Origin: a bacterium | Lineage (GTDB): Bacteria; Zhuqueibacterota; Zhuqueibacteria; Zhuqueibacterales; Zhuqueibacteraceae | Direction of reading: 5' to 3' | Assembly (NCBI GenBank): GCA_044869275.1 | Contig: JBIOXB010000236.1 | Coordinates: 1-25,264, forward strand | DNA length: 25,264 nt | Notes under the pieces: generated by a model | The model's database searches: none | The model's input: only the letters and a program-made list of their open reading frames with translations | Told to the model about the DNA's origin: nothing | Shown: in pieces, positions 20,072 to 25,264 of the stretch | Layout of the letters: every line of letters begins with the position of its first letter | Numbering within the stretch: position 1 is the stretch's first letter | Program-made: the position numbers and the translations under genes

Positions 20072-20256
20072 CGTCCTGCAGGGACGAAACGATCATAACC
20101 CTCCCGACTTATTCGGAACAGGGCACGATGAATAAAATCCTCATGAGTCCCGCAAGAATAATTGAAAATTTCAGCTGTCTCTGTGGAACTGGCAGTACTT
20201 TTCCTTGTGCCCCGCCATGAATGGCGTGGCAATTTTCAAATCGTCCTTGCGAGACG
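20072..20256. repeat. Decayed nested palindromic element (GTCC..GGAC type)
   Basis: Outer CGTCCTGCAGGGACGA / TCGTCCTTGCGAGACG and inner AGTCCCGCAAGAATAATTGAA / TTCAGCTGTCTCTGTGGAACT imperfect IRs. Confidence 0.5.
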
Positions 20257-20387
20257 CGATGGCTCTGATCGCCGTGATCGCTTTGGGATACTGGTCCAGG
20301 TTGGAGTTCAGTTGGGACAAAACGTCCCTACAAAATTTTCATCCTGGGTTGGAAATCCAGGGCAATCGAGGCGATCGTGCGATGGTG

Positions 20388-20557
20388 CGAAACAGCGACC
20401 CACAAGGGGTCGGGACTACATTCAGAGAACTATTGTCTCGCGGCGACCACGCAAACGCCGACAACTTGTCACTATCGCTTCCGCCCGCCGTTTCAGGATT
20501 GAACACAAAATAGGCCGCCGTGCCCAACGCCGCCACGCCTACGCTGCCAGCGATCCA
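20388..20557 (-). pseudogene. Diverged duplicate of the 3' end of the PEGA gene plus downstream REP
   Basis: Aligns to 20597-20764; encodes WIAGSVGVAALGTAAYFVFNPETAGGSDSDKLSAFAWSPR versus WIAGGVGVAALGTAAYLVFNPETAGGSNSDKLPAFAWPPR; stop codon lost. Confidence 0.85.
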
Positions 20558-20566
20558 CAAATTCCC

Positions 20567-20628
20567 GTAGTCCCCGCCCCTTGTGGGCGGCTTTCACGAA
20601 ACAGCGACCCACAAGGGGTCGGGACTAC
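20567..20628. repeat. GTAG-tagged REP doublet (REPIN-like); a third REP at 20391-20419
   Basis: GTAGTCCCCGCCCCTTGTGGGCGG facing an inverted GTAGTCCCGACCCCTTGTGGGTCG. Confidence 0.85.
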
Positions 20629-20641
20629 TTTCAGAGAACTA

Positions 20642-21532
20642 TCACCTCGGCGGCCACGCAAACGCCGGCAACTTATCACTATTACTCCCACCCGCCGTCT
20701 CCGGGTTGAACACCAAGTATGCGGCGGTACCCAGTGCCGCCACACCAACGCCGCCAGCGATCCATATCCACTTCTTCGAAGAAGTCTTCACCGTCTTTTC
20801 ATTGAGCGGTTCCAAAGGAATTTCCAAAGTGAGGTCTTGGTCCACGACCATGGCCTGCTGCCAAAACGCGTGGCCGGGAAGCCGCAAGACGAGATCGAGA
20901 TTTTTGCCATGCGGCACGTTTCCGGTGATGGGCGTGCGGCCGGTGAATTTTTCGTTGATAAAAAACTCCGCGCCGGCTGGTGTCGAGCGAATGATGACTT
21001 TACACAGTTTCTTCCCGTTTACGACGCGCACCGGTTTGCCGCTAATCGCTTCCGCCATTTCATGCGCCAATCTCTGCAAGACCTGCAGTAAGCCATCGAT
21101 TTTGCCTTGGTGATCTTTGCTGAACGATTGCTCGATTTGGCTCGATTCCACGTCGATGATCTCGATGTTGACGGCGAAAGTCTTGCCCACTTTGCCAACA
21201 CTGCCGGTGACGATCTTTCGTGCGTTGAGCATTTTGCCGATTTGCACGGCGCATTGCGTGGTGGTGCAGCCGGTTTGTTGAAATCCGACTTCTTCCATAA
21301 CGGCTTCGGTGTTGGCCCGATCCAGCACCACGAATGCGCCGGTATTGACCAACTGCCCGCGAAAATAATCGGTGAGCGTGGCGGTTTGATCCGCGGCAAG
21401 GCCTCCTCGGTCCTCCAGCGTGAGCACCGCAATTTGCGGCTTGGTCAGGGGTTTGGTTTGCGCCCAGGCGAGAGTGGCGCATAGCGCAGCAAGAATGCCG
21501 TGCGCCAAAAGTGTGGTTGATGGGTTTTTCAT
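20642..21532 (-). CDS. Exported CsgG/FlgO-like domain + PEGA domain protein with C-terminal TM segment
   Basis: Signal peptide ending AWA-Q; 'IAVL...FVVLDR...C...CAVQIGKMLNARKIVTGSVGKVG'; PEGA 'IRSTPAGAEFFINEKFTGRTPI'; 'KKWIWIAGGVGVAALGTAAYLVF'. Confidence 0.82.
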   Translation of the reverse strand: MKNPSTTLLAHGILAALCATLAWAQTKPLTKPQIAVLTLEDRGGLAADQTATLTDYFRGQLVNTGAFVVLDRANTEAVMEEVGFQQTGCTTTQCAVQIGKMLNARKIVTGSVGKVGKTFAVNIEIIDVESSQIEQSFSKDHQGKIDGLLQVLQRLAHEMAEAISGKPVRVVNGKKLCKVIIRSTPAGAEFFINEKFTGRTPITGNVPHGKNLDLVLRLPGHAFWQQAMVVDQDLTLEIPLEPLNEKTVKTSSKKWIWIAGGVGVAALGTAAYLVFNPETAGGSNSDKLPAFAWPPR

Positions 21533-21544
21533 AGGCTTAACAAA

Positions 21545-21740
21545 TTCGCAATTCATCGTTCACAATTCACCATTGACAATTGATCGTTGACAGTTCATCG
21601 TTGACAATTCATCGTTCGCAATTGACCGTTGGCAATTGTCAATTGTGAACGGTGAATTATCAATTGTCAATGGCCAACGGTGAATTGTCAATGGCGAACG
21701 ATCAATTGTGAATTGTGAACGGTGAATTGTCAATTGTCAA
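21545..21740. repeat. Inverted heptamer tandem array (13 + 15 units)
   Basis: Unbroken 7-bp register: TTGACAA/TTCATCG-type units to 21635, then reverse-complement TTGTCAA/CGGTGAA-type units from 21636. Confidence 0.95.
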
Positions 21741-22067
21741 TGTTGGGCTGCGCCCAATACCGATAAGAAAAACCCAATCCGCCCGGTCTCGGCACGTTGC
21801 TACAAAATTGTGCGGTGGAGCAAACACTTCCCCCTCGGGGCTCAGACAGTGATGGGATAACCCGCAGCAGAGTGTACCGCCCATGCCTCAAAAACGCGGC
21901 AGAGAAAGCGCGCCCGCGCCGGCGCGAGCGCCCAAATACAGGGCTTTTCTCGCGCCAAGCCGCAGCTTCCTTTTTATCGGAAGGAATTGTATCTTGTGGG
22001 TAACGGTCGCTTCAGCGATCAGCGAAATTCATTCAGAAAGTTATTTATCTATCTGCGCCTTTTTTTC

Positions 22068-22343
22068 AACACAGAGACACGGAGAACACGGAGTTTCACG
22101 GAGAATTGTCAAAAACTTCGCAGAAACAAACTCACTCTGTGATACAAACTTGCAAAACTCTGCTTTTTTAGCAAAGTTTCTGGTGTAGTCAGCCATAAGT
22201 GATAACCCTGCAAAAAATAAAAACTAATTCCACACGGATCAAAACACCACGCGGATAGTTTATAAATTTCCGTGTGGTGTTTTGATCCGTGTGGAACCAT
22301 TTTGGTTGCGGCTCAGCCGCGCTGTGACTCTCTGTGGCTCTGT
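22068..22343. repeat. Nested CACGGA/ACAGAG repeat elements with a 28-bp inverted repeat
   Basis: 22228-22255 / 22269-22296 IR matching at 27 of 28; flanking ACACAGAGACACGGAGAACACGGAG and CTCTCTGTGGCTCTGT; small GCGGCTCAGCCGC hairpin near 22308-22320. Confidence 0.8.
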
Positions 22344-22395
22344 ATAGAAAAGCTTTAGTCGCCAACCACAACTCAATCTCACGGAGGAAGCGAAG

Positions 22396-24399
22396 ATGAA
22401 ATACGTAATGCGGTTAAGATTGGCCAGCTTACTGGTCCTCGCCGTGATTCTCGGTACAGCGCAGGCACAGACGCAAATGCCGGCGGTTTTTTCTGATCAC
22501 ATGGTGTTGCAGCAGAAGATGAAAATCCCAGTCTGGGGCGTGGCAAAGGCGGGCAGCAAGATTGTGGTGCAGTTGCAGCAGCAACGCCAAAGCACCACCG
22601 CGGATGCCGCCGGCAAGTGGCGCGTGGATTTGAATCCCATGCCGGCCGGCGGGCCTTATGAATTAGCGGTGATAGGCGCAGATACTTTGCGCTTTCGCAA
22701 TGTGATGATCGGCGAAGTGTGGTTATGCTCCGGCCAATCCAACATGGAAATGCCGATGGTGAGCAATTGGGCAACGGTGAACAATTTCAAAGCGGAAGTC
22801 GCGGCGGCGAACTATCCCCAGCTCAGGCTCATCATCATCCAACGCGCGAAGAGCACCAAGCCGCGCACCGAAGTTAACAGCGAAGGCTGGAAAATATGCG
22901 ATACCACCAGCGTCAAAGATTTTTCTGCGACGGCGTATTTCTTCGGCCGCCACTTGCAGAAAAAACTCGGCGTGCCCGTGGGCTTGATCCAAAGCGCCTG
23001 GGGTGGAACCGTGGTGGAGGCGTGGACCAGCGGCACTTCTTTAAAAACGATTCCCGATCTCCAAGTCTTTGTGGAAATGCTCGAACGCACGCGAGCGGAT
23101 AGCATTTTCGACGATACTATATACAAAAGCAATTTGGTGGAATGGCAGCGCAGTTTTACGGACAAAGATCTGGCTTCACATGGCAACGGCGTGCCGTGGT
23201 TTGATCCAAATTTGGATGATCATGAGTGGTCAAAGATGCAGCTTCCAACTGCGTGGGAGCGCGCCGGGCTGCCGGCTGCAGACGGCATCGTGTGGTTTCG
23301 CAAAAAGATCTCGCTTCCAGCAGCGCTGGCGGGGCAGCCCTTGCAGCTTCGCCTGGGACCGGTGGATGACTTCGACTGGACTTTTTTCAACGGCAAAGAA
23401 ATCGGCAACACCAATCAATATAACACGCCGCGGCGCTACGCCGTGCCGGGCGCTGCGGTGCAAGCGGGAGAGAACGTCATTGCCGTGCGCGTGCTCGATA
23501 CCGGCGGCGATGGCGGTATGTGGGGCAAGCCGGAGGATCTCTATTTGACCAACAGCGATTCCACGCAGATCATGTCGCTGGCGGGTGAGTGGAGCTATAA
23601 GGTCGGGCTGGAGCTGAAGGACGTGCCTTCGCCTCCAAATGCGCCCGCGAGCCCCAATCGCCCCACGGTGTTGTATAACGCGATGATTGCGCCGCTGGTG
23701 CCGTTCGCCATGCGCGGCGCGATTTGGTATCAAGGCGAGGCTAATGCGGGCCGGGCTTATCAATATCGCACGTTGTTTCCGCTCCTGATCAAGGACTGGC
23801 GCGCGCGCTGGCAGCAAGGCGACTTTCCGTTTCTCTTTGTGCAGCTCGCCAATTTCCGGGCAAGGAACGTTGAGCCGGTGGACGATGATTGGGCCGAGCT
23901 GCGTGAAGCGCAATCGCTGGCGCTGGCCGAGCCCAATACCGGCATGGCCGTGGCCATCGACATCGGCGACGCCGATGACATTCATCCGGGCAACAAGCAA
24001 GAAGTCGGCCAGCGGCTGGCGTTGCAGGCGCGGCATGTGGCTTATGGCGAAGATCTTGCTTACTCCGGACCGATTTACAAATCCATGAAGAGGGAAGGCA
24101 ACCGCCTCCGGCTTTTCTTTGATCATGCGGAAGGCGGTTTTCAGATCAAAAACGGTGCGCTGAAAGGTTTTGCCCTCGCCGGTCCCGATGGCAAGTTTGT
24201 GTGGGCCGAAGCCGCCGTTTTCGGAGAAACCATCGTGGTGAGCCATCGCGCGATTGCGCAGCCGGTGGCGGTGCGTTATGGCTGGTCTGTCAATCCTGAG
24301 TGCAACTTGTACAACAAAGCCGGTTTACCCGCGTCTCCATTTCGCACGGATGACTGGCCCGAGGTGACGCGCATGGCGCATGTGAACCGCGCCTATTAG
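22396..24399 (+). CDS. Sialate O-acetylesterase (SGNH/SASA family) with inserted sugar-binding domain
   Basis: SD GGAGG at 22383; signal peptide; 'FSDHMVLQQ', 'GEVWLCSGQSNM', 'WYQGEAN', 'DIHP.NKQ.VG.RLA', 'GLPASPFRTD'. Confidence 0.92.
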   Translation: MKYVMRLRLASLLVLAVILGTAQAQTQMPAVFSDHMVLQQKMKIPVWGVAKAGSKIVVQLQQQRQSTTADAAGKWRVDLNPMPAGGPYELAVIGADTLRFRNVMIGEVWLCSGQSNMEMPMVSNWATVNNFKAEVAAANYPQLRLIIIQRAKSTKPRTEVNSEGWKICDTTSVKDFSATAYFFGRHLQKKLGVPVGLIQSAWGGTVVEAWTSGTSLKTIPDLQVFVEMLERTRADSIFDDTIYKSNLVEWQRSFTDKDLASHGNGVPWFDPNLDDHEWSKMQLPTAWERAGLPAADGIVWFRKKISLPAALAGQPLQLRLGPVDDFDWTFFNGKEIGNTNQYNTPRRYAVPGAAVQAGENVIAVRVLDTGGDGGMWGKPEDLYLTNSDSTQIMSLAGEWSYKVGLELKDVPSPPNAPASPNRPTVLYNAMIAPLVPFAMRGAIWYQGEANAGRAYQYRTLFPLLIKDWRARWQQGDFPFLFVQLANFRARNVEPVDDDWAELREAQSLALAEPNTGMAVAIDIGDADDIHPGNKQEVGQRLALQARHVAYGEDLAYSGPIYKSMKREGNRLRLFFDHAEGGFQIKNGALKGFALAGPDGKFVWAEAAVFGETIVVSHRAIAQPVAVRYGWSVNPECNLYNKAGLPASPFRTDDWPEVTRMAHVNRAY

Positions 24400-24400
24400 T

Positions 24401-24631
24401 TTGAGAAGGTCAAGCTGGCTAAAAAAGCCCCTACTATTTGTCATTCCTTAGGAATCTTCCCATGAGGCTTGCACACAAACCTAGGGAAGATCCCGAAGTT
24501 TCGGGATGACAGACTGGGGGGGTGATTTGAACTTAGCACCCTTCGACGGAGCTCAGGGTGCGGCCTTCCCAAGTTTTCACACAGTCTAATCCCTGCGGAA
24601 TGACAAACAAGAGGGTTTTTCCACACAATCT
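24401..24631. repeat. Composite: TGTC-tagged element copy 3 (24401-24538) fused to CCCTTCGAC repeat copy 2 (24528-24587) and a partial GGAATGACAAA unit
   Basis: 63-bp identity to copy 1 on the opposite strand; near-identity of 24528-24587 to 12983-13041. Confidence 0.85.
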
Positions 24632-24638
24632 ACAAACC

Positions 24639-25223
24639 ATGCGGCCCGAAGAAAATCATTTCAATGCTCTTCAACCTTTGGCATTGATTCAAAAATACTA
24701 CTCACCCACAAGCGAGGCGTTTCGCATCCTCGTTACGCACAGCGTTCTGGTCACCGCCAAGGCACTGGAGATTGCCAGCGCGTTTATAAGAAAAAACCCG
24801 GAGGCTGCGCTCGATCTGCGCTTCATAGAAGAGGCGGCAATGCTGCACGACATTGGCATTATTCGCTGCCACGCGCCCCCGATTGGCTGCTTCGGCAGTG
24901 AACCGTACGTTCTGCACAGTCTCCTTGGCCGCGAGATTTTAGAGCAGGAGGGGCTGCCGCGCCATGCGCTGGTGTGCGAACGGCACACCGGCGTGGGCCT
25001 CACACGAGCAGAGGTCTTGCAGCAGAAATTACCTTTGCCCGAGCGCGATTTCTTGCCGGTCTCTCTCGAAGAAAAAATCATTTGTCTGGCGGATCGCTTT
25101 TACGTCAAGGATCCGAACAATTTGTATCACGAGCTTTCTTTATCGGAGATTGGCGAAAAGATCGAGGAGTTTGGCGAACCGGCTATGGCGCGGTGGGAAG
25201 AGTTGCGCCGGTTCTTGACGTGA
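24639..25223 (+). CDS. HD-domain (HDIG) phosphohydrolase
   Basis: 'HS..V', 'AAMLHDIG', 'CERHTG.G', 'LEEKIICLAD'; ATG 24639 lies just beyond the repeat. Confidence 0.88.
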   Translation: MRPEENHFNALQPLALIQKYYSPTSEAFRILVTHSVLVTAKALEIASAFIRKNPEAALDLRFIEEAAMLHDIGIIRCHAPPIGCFGSEPYVLHSLLGREILEQEGLPRHALVCERHTGVGLTRAEVLQQKLPLPERDFLPVSLEEKIICLADRFYVKDPNNLYHELSLSEIGEKIEEFGEPAMARWEELRRFLT

Positions 25224-25264
25224 AGTCTGACTTGCGCAACTGAGATTGAATTGGTCTTTAAACC

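Noticed and set aside
19851..20096. 81-aa minus ORF upstream of the methyltransferase-like gene
   Set aside because: No recognisable motif and it starts inside a decayed palindrome
20388..20764. Diversity-generating retroelement TR/VR pair
   Set aside because: Differences are mostly synonymous and not adenine-specific; no reverse transcriptase in the window
20162..21091. 309-aa + strand ORF with an internal repeat
   Set aside because: Runs through REPs and antisense to the PEGA gene; its repeat just reflects the DNA duplication

Overview
Bacterial chromosomal window; the two secreted proteins ending in 'QN(H/F)PNP(F/C)NP...' Ig-like C-terminal domains suggest a KSB1/Calditrichota/FCB-type organism (inference). 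Gene order: Oar-like TonB-dependent receptor; a urease cluster (ureD, fused gamma-beta ureAB, ureC, ureF, ureG, no ureE) whose proteins look eukaryote/plant-like; two lipoproteins; a secreted Asp-box beta-propeller; a large secreted FG-GAP/ASPIC-FN3 protein that is a GC mosaic; a low-GC pair (putative class I methyltransferase + DUF1848 radical-SAM-like protein); a CsgG-like/PEGA membrane protein with a duplicated 3' end; sialate O-acetylesterase; HD hydrolase. The most unusual content is non-coding. Most intergenic gaps hold palindromic elements: three copies of a modular TGTC-tagged hairpin element (one with its core inverted), a GTAG REP doublet with compensatory changes, a 28-unit inverted heptamer array, several CACGGA/CGCGAAT hairpins, and a phased 42-bp array with palindromic cores and variable 21-nt segments. 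I found no tRNA, rRNA, true CRISPR array, transposase or integrase. All family assignments come from motif recognition, not from searches.
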